Shown here: positions 19,658 to 41,990 of the stretch, in pieces
Position numbering within the stretch: the stretch's first letter is position 1
How the letters are laid out: the number at the start of each line of letters is the position of its first letter
Assembly: GCF_009914755.1 (NCBI RefSeq)
Contig: NC_060945.1
Length of the DNA: 64,000 nt
Source of the DNA: the human T2T-CHM13v2.0 reference genome, Homo sapiens
Reading direction: 5' to 3' (one strand)
Notes under the pieces: generated by a model
What the model was told of the DNA's origin: nothing
The model's database searches: none
What the model saw: the letters and a program-made list of their open reading frames with translations, nothing else
Made by a program: the position numbers and the translations under genes

Positions 19658-20199
19658 GACATAACTTTGTTAGAGTTGTTACCTGAGGATTCCCATCCCA
19701 AGGGTCTCCTCTTGGATCTCATTTCTTGTTCCCTGCTGCTGTGATTAACTGTTGAGTTTAAGCAGCCACCTTGAAGAATTTGCAAGATACGGTTGGGACA
19801 AAGGTGATGCTGTCAGTCCCTACCTCTGCTTTGCCTGAGGCCGCTGACATTCATGGAGAGCTCACTGCGTGCTAAGGAGTTGACGTGCATTATTGTATAA
19901 TACTTAAAATGTATCTTGAGATCCGTCTCAGGTTCAACCACTTGTGCAAGGCCACTGCCAGCCAGTGGCAGAGAGAGGGCTCAGACCCCGACCAGCCTGG
20001 TTCCAAGGCCCATGCTCATGAGCAGAGCCTCCAGCCTTCTTCATGTCAGTATCTGTATAGCTTACGTAAGGGGAAAGGGCTGTGCTTCTTTGCTGCCAGG
20101 GACCCTGTCTCCATCACCCAAATGCAGTAGGCGCAATTATTAGGCCCATTTTACCGATGAAGGCTAACCTACTTGCCCAGTGTCTTATGGCAACTGAGT

Positions 20200-20649
20200 G
20201 GTTATTATGGATTGAATTTTGGCCTCCGTGAAAGAAACCCTGGAGTCTTAACCCTTAGTACCTCAGTATGTAACTTGATTTGGAAACAGCATCTTTACAG
20301 AGCTAATCGAGCTAGAGGAGGTCATTAGGGGGTGGACCTAATCCAGTGTGACTGGTGTCCTGATGAAAAAGGGGAAATGTAGACACAGACATGCATGAGG
20401 GAAGGCACCATGTGAGGATGAAGGCAGAGACCAGAAAGATGCATCTACAAGCCAAGAAGTGCCAAAGAATGACAGCAAACTCCTAGCAGCGGGGGGAGAG
20501 GCACGGGACAGATTGTCTATGCAGCCTTCAGAAGAAAGCCGCTCTCTTGACACCTTGATTTCAGACTTAACATGAGAGAATACATTTCTGTTGTTGAAGC
20601 CACCTGGTGTGTGGCACTTCGTTATAGCAGCCCTAGAATGCTATGACAG
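20200..20649 (+). mobile_element. MLT1-type MaLR LTR
   Basis: ATGGATTGAAT...CCCTTAGTACCTCAG...CACCTTGATTTCAGAC...GTTATAGCAGCCCTAG. Confidence 0.8.
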
Positions 20650-20664
20650 TGGTAGGACAAGATC

Positions 20665-21080
20665 TGTTAACACCTCAGTGCTGGGGATAAGGCATTGAAC
20701 ACTAAGCCCCTGCTCTCATGGAAAGAAATGACGCTTTCTTGGCGAGAGACAGACGACAGATGACTGTGTGATGTCAGATGCTGAATGCTAAGAAGAAAAA
20801 TAAACTGGGGAAGTGGGGTATGGAGGAAGGAGGAGGGAGTGCTATTTTAGACAGAGAGGACACTGACAGCGTGACCTTAAAGCAGAGGTTGGGGTGAAGT
20901 GAGCAAGCTGGTGGGAAGGGCAATCTGGGGCATGGGCCTGTGTCCAAGGCATGGGAAGGGGACAGGAGTAGCCAGAGGACAGAGTGACCAGAGATACAGC
21001 AGGGTCAGGCCACTGATAGGATTTTGCTCTGGCGGGGAGGGGAAGCCACTGAGCTTCCTCCCAGGGAGGCTGTGAGCAAG
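20665..21080. mobile_element. L2 fragment
   Basis: Degenerate L2 text (GTGCTGGGGATA, CCCTGCTCTCATGGA, GGGAAGCCACTGAG). Confidence 0.55.
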
Positions 21081-21321
21081 GGAACCTCTGCCTCACCCAT
21101 TCCAAGAATTCCCCGGGCCGTCAGCAAGCACAAGAGCCAGTGTGGATGCCCGCACCATTAGGCCTGAGATCAGTTCCTGCCGTTACTGGATGTGGAGGGT
21201 TTGGATGGTGCTGGAGGGAGCACATCTTGATCAGCATCAGGAATACTTGGTTCTGTGAAACTTGCAACTTCTGCATTCAAGGGTCCCTGATAGGAGTTGG
21301 TATGAATAAAGAATTTTCTTC

Positions 21322-22007
<686 letters not shown>

Positions 22008-22236
22008 TTAAACAATGATATAGGACACAAAAGCTTAGGGTCAACATTCTTTTTTTTAAGGTAGGTAACTAAATGTTATAATGCATAAAACTTAGATTTG
22101 GAGGAGAAGACTCATCCAGTCAACCCTTTTTTCAACTAAGAAAACTGGTTCCCAGAAGGTCTTGGTATGTCCAGCTGTAGACAGATTCTAATGGTATCAT
22201 TTTCAAACTTGCTTAATGTTTCAGCATCATTTTTAG

Positions 22237-22565
<329 letters not shown>

Positions 22566-22991
22566 AAGAAAAACATTTTCATCAAGTGCCCTTTTGAGCC
22601 CTGAACCCAGGTGCTCTACCAAGCCTGATTTACAGCTTTGATTTTGGAAGTGAAGGCTAATAGAAATAAATTAACTCTGGATTTAAAAATCTTATCATTA
22701 AAGCTCTTTAAAAAAAAAAAAAGTTATAATGGTCCTAAATGAACCAGTTTTTTTTGTTTTTTGTTTTTTCGCTGCTTTTATCTGATGACACACTACGGTT
22801 TCACAGAGCAGCCATGAACAGGAAGGGCAGCATGAGGTCTGTGGTGTCACACAGTTCAGCTTCCGGAGTCTTCATCAGTTAGCTACAAGCACCTCCTGTT
22901 TAAAGCAGAGCCTCCTGATGGTGTGTTTCAGAATTAGTGCTGCAGTGTGGTGGGAAGAACACGGGTTGGAGCTTGGAGACCTAGTGAACTA

Positions 22992-23640
<649 letters not shown>

Positions 23641-23729
23641 GGGATCCTGATTTTTTACCCCTGCCTGAATCAACTCCTCTTCCCTGTTGACTAGTATTAG
23701 TTCACATAAATCCTCTTCAGCCTGGAGTC

Positions 23730-24736
<1,007 letters not shown>

Positions 24737-24929
24737 ATACAGTTCAGCCATGACAGAATGTGATGAGGAGGTGCAGGCTGTCTCTCCACCTGTCACCTGT
24801 TTACAAAGCTGATCTCTGGTAGAAGCCCAGATGGTCTTTTATCACACACCTTGTGGAGGAACAGAGGAAGTGTGATTTCTTTAGTCTTGTTCTTGATCCA
24901 GGAGCCCAGTGAGGAGCTTCGACTTTGGG

Positions 24930-24932
24930 GTG

Positions 24933-24984
<52 letters not shown>
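24930..24984. repeat. (TG)~27 microsatellite
   Basis: Directly visible, with one CG interruption. Confidence 0.95.
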
Positions 24985-24985
<1 letters not shown>

Positions 24986-25683
24986 TGATACAGTTAAGCA
25001 CCCAGAACTGCTGAGTCAGGAAAGCGTTCCAGGTGATTTGTGCCCCCTCCACCGCATGCCAAGAGCTCTGCACCAGCTTATTTATGGGGCACTGCATTGT
25101 GGGGGTATCCTACATGTCTGCTGGGGGTGGCCCTTTCAGCCTTCCTCCCCCACTGGAGCCTTGGTGCTGCTGCCACAGTTGACTCTGCACTCCTTATCCC
25201 TGCTGGCCAGACCCTGCATGCTCGGTGCCTAGAACAAGGCTACGAGCCCTGCCAGCCTCCTTGTGTATGAGCTGCATCTTTCAGCCTGCAGGGTGCCTGG
25301 TTTCATCTCAGCATCTCACTTGTAGGGCATCCTCTGTTAGAGCGTGACACCTAAATTTGGGGCTATGATTTTAGCCATTTTCTAGCAACCTTTGTTCTGA
25401 TGACCTCTGTGGCTATGACCGTGAGGGTGGAGGTGGCCAGGTAAGTGCAGGGCCAGGGTCATCGTGGAATGATAAGGGCCTGAATTGCCTTCTGAGAAGA
25501 CACCAAATGGAAAGGATGCTGTTGATGGGAATTCTTGACTGGCTTCACGTTAAACTAGATCCTGTACCTCTGCAGGAGAGGGGCCAGCCCAGCATCCATT
25601 TGTCTCTGGCAGTGTCCTGATGCTCTTGGCACCAGTATTTAGAAGATGCAGATCCAACTCCCGTTTTTTTCCCTCCCCTCCCC

Positions 25684-25975
25684 TTTCTTTTCTTTTTTGA
25701 GACAGAGTCTCACTCTGTCACCCAGGCTGGAGTGCAGTGACCCAATCTTGGCTCACTACAACCTCCACCTCCCAGGTTCAAGTGATTCTCCTGCCCCAGG
25801 CTCCTGAGTAGCTGGGATCACAGGCATGCGCCACCACACCTGGCTAATTTTTTTTGTATTTTTTGTAGAGACAGGGTTTCGCCAGACTGGTCTTGAACTC
25901 CTGACCTCAGGTGATCCGCCTGCCTCGACCTCCCAAAGTGCTGGGATTACAGGCGTGAGCCACCGTGCCCAGTCC
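25684..25975 (-). mobile_element. AluS
   Basis: Antisense Alu; TSD approximately AACTCCC. Confidence 0.88.
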
Positions 25976-26359
25976 TAACTCCCATTTCTAAGGTGTGGCA
26001 AAGGCTGCTGAATCCTTTGCTGTCGTTCTGTTGTGGGTGCCATGCTGGGGCTCTGATGATGTTGCAGCTTCACCCCTTACCCCAGGTTATCTGAAGGAGC
26101 TGAGGGTGTTCAAGAGCACTGCTACCCCAGGCTTCACAGCAGCCTCAGTGAGGGCCACTCACACTGTAAGATCGAGATGGTCTTTTTGAAAAGAGCATTT
26201 CTCTTTGCTGAAAAGAGTCTGATATGCTTTTCGATAATTTGTAGCCAGGATAGTCTATTTACTTTGTGTTTGAGTGAAGGAATATTTTTGCCATTCTTCC
26301 TTTCAGGTCTGCTGTGGGGCTGGAGGTAGTCCAGATTTAGAGATGAATTATTCCTCCAG

Positions 26360-26774
26360 TGCTGTGATTTGAATGGCTCTTCCAAAGTCCATGCTGAAAC
26401 TTAACCCCAATATGACAATATTGGGGTTGGGGGGGCCTTTAAAAGGTGACCAGACCATGAGGGCTCTGTTCTCATAAATGAGTTACTCGACGTATGGATT
26501 AATGCATTGATAGGTTATCCTGGGTGAGGAACTGGTAGCTAAATAAGAAGAGGAAGAGAGGCCTGAGCTAGCATTAGCATGCTCGGCCTCCTTGCCATGT
26601 GATATCCCACACCACTTCGGGACTCTGCAGAGAGTCTCCACCAGCAAGAAGGCCCTCACCAGATGCAGCCCCTTGAGCTTGGCCTCTGTAACTGTAAAAA
26701 GTAAATTTATTTTCTTTATAAATGACCCAGTTTCAGGTATTCTGTTATAAGCAACAGAAAATAGACTAAAATAT
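26360..26774 (+). mobile_element. MST/MLT1A MaLR LTR
   Basis: TGCTGTGATTTGAATG ... GGTATTCTGTTATAAGCAACAGAAAATAGACTAA. Confidence 0.8.
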
Positions 26775-26897
26775 CCAGCAATCTAACAGAATTGAGTTTA
26801 TAGATAAGGGAAAGGGTTTGTGACCCACCTACACTATATAAATTCTCCCAAGAAAGTTAGGAGCTAGAAACTCCATGTCAGGCCTTGGTGTGGAAGG

Positions 26898-27520
26898 TGC
26901 TGTGGACTGAATTGTGTTTCTCCTTCTCCCCTCAAACTCATATGCTGAAGTCTTAACCCCAGTGTAGCTGTATATCAAGGTAGGATCTTTGGCAGATGGT
27001 TTAGGTTAAATGAGGTCATGAGGATGAGACCCTAATTTAATAGGACTGTGGCCTTATAAGAATAGGAGGAGGGCAGGCACAGTGGCTCACACTTGTACTC
27101 TCAGGACTTTGGGAGGCTAAGGCAGGTGGATCACTTGAGCCCAGGAGTTTGAGACCAGCCTGGACAACATGGGGAAACCCCATCTCTACAAAAACAAACG
27201 AACAAACAAAATTAGCCTGGTGTGGTAGCATGCACCTGTAGTCTCAGCTACTTGGGAGGCTGAGGTGGGAGGTTTGCTTGAGTCCAGGAGTCTCTTAAGA
27301 AAAAAAAAAAAAAGGAAGAGGAAGAGACAGACTTCCTCCCACCTCCCACCATGTGAGGACACAGTGAGGAGATGGCTGTCTGCAAGCCAGGAAGAGAGCT
27401 GAAACTGCTGGCACCTTGATTGCGGACTCCCAACCTACAGAACTGGGAGAAGTAAATTTCTGTTGTTTAAGCCGCCCACTCTGTGGTATTTTGTTATGGC
27501 AGCCTGGGCCAACTAATACA
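26898..27520 (+). mobile_element. MLT1 MaLR LTR with a truncated AluJ (27070-27313)
   Basis: TGCTGTGGACTGAATTGTGT ... TTGTTATGGCAGCCTGGGCCAACTAATACA. Confidence 0.8.
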
Positions 27521-27649
27521 GAAGGAACTAAGTTAAACTTGTATTTTTCAGAAAAAAAGCAACTGTTTGAACAGGAATACCAACATTCAAGCTTGTATTT
27601 GAGTCACATACAGGCATTCCCATTTACCTATCTTTTAAAAATAGTCTTT

Positions 27650-28310
27650 TCCTTTTAAATTTCTTTCCAACTTTATTGGGCATACAATAAACTGCAAGCA
27701 TTTAGAAGTGTATAATTTAAAGAGTTTTGACATAACGTTTATCCCTGTGAAACCATCACCACAATCAAGACAATGAGCATGGATCTGTCACCCCCAGAAG
27801 TTTCCTCCTGTCCTTTTGTCGTCTCCCTCCCTCCCTTGTCCCCAGACAACCACTGATCTGTTTTCTGTCACCATAGATTTGTTTGCATTTTCTGAAAGTT
27901 TATATAAATGGAATCCCACAGTATGTGCCCTCTCTCTCCTTTTCTGGTCTGGCTTCTTTCACTCAGCAAAGCTACTTCGAGAGTCATTCAGGCTGTTGTG
28001 TACATCAAAGTTTCCTTCTTTTTTACTGCTGAGTAAGAGTCCATGGATATATACAATTTCTTTATCCATTTCCCATTAGTGGACATTTGGGTTGCTTCCA
28101 GTAGGTATATGTTTAATTTTTTAAGAAGCTGCCAAACTGTTTGCCAAAGTGGTTGTATCATTTTACATTCCCAGCTGCAGTGTATGAAAGCTCCAGTTCT
28201 CCCCCATCCTCTTCAACACTTGGTATGGTCAGTCTTTTTCACTTTGGTCATTTTAATGAGAGTGTAATACTCTCTTATTGTGGCTTTTGCATTTTGTACA
28301 TGACAGATGA
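27650..28310 (-). mobile_element. Old L1 (L1MC-like) fragment
   Basis: CCCTGTGAAACCATCACCACAATCAAGA; GCCAAACTGTTTGCCAAAGTGGTTGTATCATTTTACATTCCC. Confidence 0.75.
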
Positions 28311-29150
28311 TTAGAAAATCAGTAAGTGGTCATTGTAACTTTGTTTTAATTCCATAGACACATAACATAAAGATCACTGTAAGAATCTTCACTGTTTTAT
28401 TGTATGTAATAGCAAAAAATTGGGAGTGACCACCCCTGGTAGGGGAGTAGTTGTGAAGTGAGTCATGGAACGACAATATAATGCACACACAGCCATGGAA
28501 CCAAGTAGACTGGTAGTTACTAACATGAAAAATGCTTATTATAAATAAGGGGGAAGAAAGGACAGGCGAACAGTTTACATATAGCCCACTCAATCTTGTG
28601 TGTGTGTGAGAGAAAGGGAGGGGGTACTGTATAGGAGTGGACAAGATCTCGAAGCCCCTTATTGTAGGACTAGTGTATTTCCAGTTTTTCACGACTCTGA
28701 ATAAAGCTGTAATGAACATCTTTACGCACGTGGCTATTTTTGTTAAGATAAATTGCTAGAGGTGGAGTAGCTGGGTCAGTGGACGTACAGTGAAGCCTCT
28801 GGACACAGGGGTATGTGCTGGCCTGCCTTTGCCCCTCTCCTCTGCCTGCACGGATGCCAGAGCCACAGCCTGTCACCTGCTGTACTTTGTCATGTGTTTA
28901 TCTAGCAGGACCACATTCTCTATCCCAATCTTGTCACTCTTCTGATTCCAGAATTTCTCCACTATTCCCATGTTGGGAACATTAGGATAATTTATAAAGT
29001 TAAAAAAAAAAATAGAGGGGGTTATTGATATTAACCATTATAGGTAATAACAATTTAGATTATTCTGGGAAGAAGTGACATCTTTACACACTTGGGCCCT
29101 TCCATATAGAAATGTGGTAGTTTCCATCATTCATTAAAATGTACTCACTT

Positions 29151-29763
<613 letters not shown>

Positions 29764-30041
29764 AGTATTCACTTATGTCCTTAAGAGTTCTTCTTAAATA
29801 AGACCTTCCTGTTCCTCAAGTATATTAAGTATTTTATACATGTGTTTTTGCTATTGTGAATGGGATTATTTTCCTCAGGTAGACGGGTATACCGTCAACC
29901 AATACTGATTTGTATTTTTTTCTAATATTTTGCTAGCATTTCCTGGAACAGTGTTGAATAGCAATGTTGCTATCAGTGTGTTAACCACGGTAATGTTGGC
30001 TGCTATAACAAAGAAGTCCAAAATCAATGTCCTCGATGTAA

Positions 30042-30543
<502 letters not shown>

Positions 30544-31425
30544 TGAGGTTTTAACCAGCCAGGTCCTGATGGCACGTGTTATGTCCACCCATGCCTCCCA
30601 GGGAGACTGGGCAGCCATGGCCCAGCTGCAGCCCTAACTGAAGAAGAAGGGAGCCGTGATTTGGGTGGGCTGGGCCCAGTGCCTGCACTCACCTGGCACG
30701 CACTGATTTTAATGGAAGGGTCTGTAGTGTTTCACCATCATCTCTACCCTGTGACCTCCCTCTGTTTCTTGTGTCATAAAGGATCAGTTTATTCCTTGGT
30801 TACTAACTTTAATAACTACTTATCTTTATATGGCAAGAAAGGCATGTCATTTCATTACCTGATCAACATGTAAAGTATTGAATTGCTTTTTACCAAGCAT
30901 CACAGTTCTGCCTTATGTATTACTCTTGTGTTTGGGGGTCATTCTTGTACTTAGGCTAGATTTTCCCAATGCCTAGGATGTGCCTGGGAAGCAAATATGT
31001 TGGAGGATAATCTAATTCCGATTTGTGGAATGCAGGAAGGACCCCGGAATTGGAGCACCTGGGGTCATGTTCAGACTCACCATTTCTGAGATTGGGGTAG
31101 ATGCACTGGTTACCCACCGATAACCATTCTGCCCTCTTCTTTCTTGCCAATAGAGAACCCCAGTTATATTTGGGGATCAGGTGGTGATGCGCTGCAGGGT
31201 GGGGGCCCCAGCAGTAAATGTTATTGTTCTAGGACTTCATCCTAAAAATCCTGCTTTCCTTGGCAGGGATTAATTTCGAGGTGGGCACATGACCTGCTCT
31301 AGCCCAATGAGATATGGCGGGAAGGCTGCAGGGTGGCTTCTGGAAAGGTTTTTTTCTCATACAAAGAGACAAAAAGGAACACACACTGCCACGACAGGGA
31401 AAGATAGGTTAAGAGTCAATTCACT

Positions 31426-31710
<285 letters not shown>

Positions 31711-31829
31711 GAGTCAATTCATCATTGACAGCATGTAAGGCACCAGAATGCTTGGATCTTTTGGGGATGTCACTGAGCCCTTGCAGGAACCAAATGCAGA
31801 AATGAGCTCCTTTAGCCCTGGTTTCCCAG

Positions 31830-32217
31830 CCTTGGCATGCTGTGGCATGGCAGACATTCTGGCTGCGGGTGGGTGGTGGTCTGTGCACTGTAGGATGTTT
31901 TGTTTTGTTTAAGAGGCAGGGTCTCACTATGTTGCCCAGGCCAGAGTGCAGGAGCTGTTTACAGATGCAGTCATAGCTCACTACAGCCTCACACAATCCT
32001 CTCGCCTTCGCCTCCTGAGTAGCTGGGATCACAGGTGCGCGCCACTGTGCCCAGCTCTCTGTAGGATGCTTATTCCCATCCTGGCCTCCCTGACTTCTGT
32101 CCAGTAGATGCCAGTATCACCCCCTCCTCCACCCAAAGTTGTAACAGCCAGAAATGTTTCCACACATTGCCAAATGTCCCCTGGGGGCAAAATTTCCCCA
32201 GTTGAGAACCACTGCTG
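31830..32217 (-). mobile_element. MER20 DNA transposon split by an Alu monomer (31898-32054)
   Basis: Reverse complement reads CAGTGGTTCTCAACTGGGG..TTTTGCCCCCAGGGGACATTTGGCAATG; TSD CTGTAGGATG around the Alu. Confidence 0.8.
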
Positions 32218-32680
32218 TAGACCTTTGGTTTTGTGAGGCAATACATTGCTTCATTTAAACCTGTATGGCTTGATGGTCTGTTCTTTACAGCCACACATGT
32301 CCTAGCTGAGCTCACAACCCTGGACCATCCTCAACCCGAGAGCCAGAGCCTGTTTCTTCTGCAGGCTGACGTGGACGTACTTGTCTGTTGACAGTAAAGG
32401 TATTTTGTGCATCCTTAAAAGATGCAGTGTCTTGCAGCTGTTGGAGTGGTTTCTGGCTGGGAGCAGGACGCCTACAGAGCAGTTGCAGAGGACCTTCTGT
32501 CTCCCCATGGCGGAGGCACCATTCCAACTACGGAACCTTTGTTGTGTTTTGGAGGGGGTCGTGTGCTTCCAGCACCTGCCGCCTCTGCCAGCCACAGCAC
32601 TCTGCCTCTTTGTTCTGAGTGCCCGGGACAGAGTTGTATAGCTGCTGCCTTTTGGAGAGAGGAGTCAGCTTTGGGCTTGA

Positions 32681-33438
<758 letters not shown>

Positions 33439-34681
33439 TAGCTTATTCCAGGGACAGGGAAGCAGGAGGAAAAAGCACTAGGAGGAAGACCGCAGACTGG
33501 ATTCAGAACAGGCTATCGTGGAGAGCTGTGTGCTTCGCTGCCGGCCTGAGGCTCTGCGTTCCCCTCCTTGGTGCTCAGGCTGCCCAGCATACGCAGCAAG
33601 TGCTGACCCAGCAGGCAGCCCACGTGCGCTTCAGGTGTGGGAGGCTCTGCGGGCTGCGGGGAACAGGATCGCTGTGGGAGGTTGAGCCTGGAGCTCTGAA
33701 CAGCCACTCTGCGCCCAATCTGCTGTAGCGCTGAGGGTCAGGAAGGCCTCTGGGAGTTCTCTAGAAGAAGGCGCTGGGGAGGAGGAGTTAACATCTCATT
33801 TCATTAGAGCATGCCAGTTCTGTTCTGGGTGTGACTTTTGAAGAATATTGAGTTCTACCAGTAGAACTTTGGGGACTGAAACCTGTTGAGGATTTGTAGT
33901 AAGACTGTGTCCCGAAGGCGTTCTTCCTTTTCTTCTGTCTCTGACTTTAACAAGCAGGTTTCCCTATAAGCTTTGGTGTTTGTTAAACAGATCATTTGTA
34001 TGTGCAATAAAATATGTTTAAAAATTAGAAAAATAACATCTCCCGATACTATGTTATTTTATATTTTTAATGGTATGATTACTTTTATTTGATTTTCTGG
34101 TTTGTGATGATAAATGCATAAGAATGGCAGTGTTCTCTGCATCATGTACATTTCAAGGTGTAGACTGTGTTCTGAAGGGAGAGTCGGCCCCACATCCTTA
34201 CCTTCTTTTCCTGTGGTTTATTGCAGAACTCAGCTGCCTTCACCTCCTCCTGCCATTTTTCATCACTTCTGAGACTGTTAGCTCTTAGACCCCCCAAATA
34301 GAACAGTTTCCTTTGTGAGCCCCTATTATATGCTTGCCACCATTGTTTTTCAAACCTAGGATCCTCCAAACTCAGTGCCACTCAGCCTCTTCTACTGATG
34401 AAGAAACTGGAGTTCAAAGGCTTGCTTGCAGCTTCCCAGGTGTATGACGAGTATTTCAGGTCGGCCAGCGCCTTGTGAAGCCCACACTCCAGGGTTGAGG
34501 GCAACATGTAACAATGTCAGGGAAGGCTGAGGAAGTGCTGTGCCATCGCAAAAGAATAAAATATAAGTCTAGAAATGCGGAAGGTACTGTACAGCATCAC
34601 AGCTACCTAAACTTCCTCTATGGGAAGACAGGGAAAGTAGGCGTTAGTGGCAAGACAGAGTGGCTTTGAGTCTAAGTGTCA

Positions 34682-35132
<451 letters not shown>

Positions 35133-35189
35133 TTAACTAAGAGATTGGGAGCAGCCTGTGTGGCTGACAGGCCCTATTGCTCATGACTT

Positions 35190-35370
35190 GTGTATGTGTA
35201 CACGTGTGGGATGTGTGTATGCATGTGTGTATATGTATGCAGTGTGTATGTGTGGAGTGTGTGCATGTGTGTACATGTATGCATGTGTAGAGGGTGTGTG
35301 TGTGTATATGTATGGGAAGTATGTATGTATGTATTTGTGTGCCTGCATGTGTGGACATGTGTACGCATAT
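35190..35370. repeat. Degenerate (TG/TA/CA) low-complexity repeat
   Basis: Directly visible. Confidence 0.85.
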
Positions 35371-35947
35371 CCAGTGTTAACCCTGACACACTGGGGAAGT
35401 GGAAATAGAATGAATACCCTGTATGTTTCAGCTCCTTTTTGAGTTTATCCTGCACGACCAGCTTATGAGTAGGTGATGGTATATTTTTGGTCACCTACAG
35501 CACTTCCTCAGCCTCCCCTGACATGTCTACATGTTCCACCCCCACCCCCGGAGTGTGGGCTTTGCAGGGCGCTGGCGGACCTGAAATACTCTGCACACCT
35601 GGGAAGCTGCAGGCAGACCTCTGAGCTCCAGCTCGTTCTTCAGTAAAAGGGGCTGAATGGTGCTGACTTTGGAGGATTCCAGGTTTCAGAAATAATGGGT
35701 GAGAAAGCAGAGCCTCAGAGCTATCAGGTGACTTGTGACAGGCTTGCTCAGATGAGAGCTGGAGCCCGGACTCGGACCCAGGCCTGCCACTCAGAGCCTG
35801 GCCTCTGTCACAGTTCCCCTCCCATTGACTTTCGGGGCCCGTCTTAGGAGCTCGACCGGCGGCCAGCAAAACATTCCCTCCACAGCAGAGCCACCTCTGG
35901 GTAAACTGATAAAAATGAGCTTCTGAACCTGCCAAGGTGCCAGGGCT

Positions 35948-36776
<829 letters not shown>

Positions 36777-38328
36777 TGCTTCTTTTTTTTCTGAGCATGC
36801 TTTTAAAATCTCTAGTAGGTGATACACCCAGCCTTCAGTTCTACTCCTACTCAAGCAGCATGGTAATTTTAAGAAAATTTTAAAAGGAAAAAAAAAGCAT
36901 ATTCTAATGTGTCTTCTTACCTGATGCAGAAGATGGAGTTAGCCTGAGTGACCCATTCCTTGCTAGCAGCTTTATTGGAAGCTGGGATTTGGGTATGTGG
37001 ATAACTCATGCTGAGAGCTGATTAATCACGTGCATGGCCCTGTTAGGGTTCAACTGACTTAGGTAAATACAACACAATGATATTTCAGCTGTGACCTTTC
37101 AGAGAAGGAAGCTCCTTGTTTACATAGGAGTTATAGCAGCACTGCTCTCCCAGTTCAACAAAAACTGGTCTCACTGGTTACCTGTGGAACCCCGACTCCC
37201 TGAGATGGCTCTCGGCAGCCTTGCCTTCTGCCTGTTTCTCCAGCTTATCTCTTGCCACCGCCACTCCCTCAAGCTGGCAAAGCAACCGGGTCATGCCATT
37301 TCAGTCAAGGTGGAATGCCACACCATGAGCACTTGGGAAGTCCTGGCCAAGTGCTGGTCTGTTCCATTTTCGTCCTGTCTAAAGGGCACTAACAGTGCCC
37401 CCTGGCAGGTGCTTCACTGAGCGTTTGAGCCTGTGTCACCTGGCCTCCCTGACTCACTGTGCCACTGTGCAGCTTCCTTTCAGTGGCATGAAAAGAACAC
37501 CCTTACAAAGATGCCTGACTTCCAGAAGGAAGACATGTCAGTGTTTCACCGTGAAAAATGCAACTCCTCGTTTGCTTGGTGGGAGACGTGCTTTTAAATT
37601 GGCTGACTTACATTTCTTTCTAGACAAAGACATCTGGCATTCTGAAGTCAGCATTGTACTCTGTGCAAAAGTAGGGTGACTGTCTCTTCTAGGAACTTTT
37701 AAAGGAAACATTTAACATTTTTATTTTACGGGCTAAATAAAGCGTTTTAAAAATGAAACATAATTCTGTCCACTCCCCACCCATATGGTTAAATTACTCC
37801 TTTTTTAAAGCATTTTAAATTGTGGTAAAATACATATAAACAAATTGTGGTAAAATACATATAACATAAAATTTACCATCTTAACCATTTTTAAGCATAT
37901 TAACTTGTGTCCATGTGTAGCCTTTTGGAATTTTTCATCGTGTTCCCTACACAGAATGCTTCTAAATCATGCCGTGTCCTGGGGACTGTCATACTGTCAG
38001 GTTGTGTAAAGTCAAAGGAAACAAAGATATTTTCTTGGGTGGAGCAACAGTGACACTTCCTGATTTCTATTAAGCTTGGATGTAGTTTGAATCTTTTTTT
38101 TTCAAACATACTTTATACTTAACATTTTAGTATTTTCTTTTAAGGTCAGCCTACTGAGCCTATGCATATAATGAGGTCAAAAATGTTACAATTATGTCCT
38201 AATTATAGCTCAAGGAATGCTTTTAGAACAGTGTAGTTCCTGAGTGAAATAAATAAGAAAGTTTAATTTCCTGTTTAATCAGTTTCTCCTTTTTAAATTT
38301 TTTTAGCACTTTAAAAAGTGATTTTGAA

Positions 38329-39567
<1,239 letters not shown>

Positions 39568-40323
39568 CCTCAGTTCATCTATTTCTCTGTGATATTTATT
39601 CTGTAGTTGCAGAAGAATATTTCTCATATGATACGTATATTAAGCTTACTGGCCAGCCAGTTTGGGTTTCTGGATAGTGAAACTGTCCTGGAAGTGTTTG
39701 CTGAGCTTTTCTTGCTGGAGAAGATTCTTGGCAAAGCCTGGATGGAGGATGGAGATGAGAAAGGTAGTGTGAGGGTGGCACACCTGTTTTGTGCTAATTC
39801 CAGTCTTGGCAGCCCTGGACCTGCCGGGAGAGGGATGACAGTGACATGTGGCCCAGTTTTTGCTCAGAGAAGAAAAAGTCACCAAGACCGACCATGAGGG
39901 CAGGAGCTCTTGCTTCTCCTCCTAGATGAGAGTTAGAAGGAATTTGAGAGCAAGGCTTCTTTCTTGGGATCCAAATACTTCTTACCTTGGAGTTTTCCTA
40001 GCCGTGGCTAGTGGGTCATAATGTCAGCGACATTGCCAAATGGGAGCGGAAGAGTGTCGTTGGGGGAAGGGTGAAGACGCTGTCAGAGAATAAGACATAC
40101 CCCACTAGAACTTTAAAAAACAAGTCAGAAAAAAAAAAAACAAAAAACAGAAAAAAACCCACATACCCACACATACACCCTGAAGAGGGAATCAGGAGTT
40201 TGCAAGCCCTAGAAGGTAGTTATTGTGGTAATTAAAGATTGAAAGCTCACTCTCAAGAGAGCTGCACCAAATCCCTGGGCTGCCTCAGGGTTTGCTGAAA
40301 TGAGTCCCACTCTTCTCTGGTCA

Positions 40324-40743
<420 letters not shown>

Positions 40744-40899
40744 CTATTGTGGTAAAATACACATGGCCTAAAGTTGACCATTCTAACCATTTTTAAGGGC
40801 ACAGTTCAGTGGTATTAAGTACATTCATATTGTGTATCCTGCCATCCATCTCCAGAACCTTTTCATCCTCCCAAACAGAAACTTCCAGATGGAGTCCTA

Positions 40900-41902
<1,003 letters not shown>

Positions 41903-41990
41903 TAAGAAAGAAGCTTTCCTAAGTCCTGTACTTGGACGAGGGCACCGGTGTTGTCTTTGGGTACAGGGCATTAGCAATTGTAAAGAACAG

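Noticed and set aside
35137-35494. His/Thr- and Cys/Val-rich ORFs
   Set aside because: Translations of a (TG)-type low-complexity repeat.
37817-37864. Direct repeat AAATTGTGGTAAAATACATATAA twice
   Set aside because: Simple slippage duplication within a short old L1 3' fragment.
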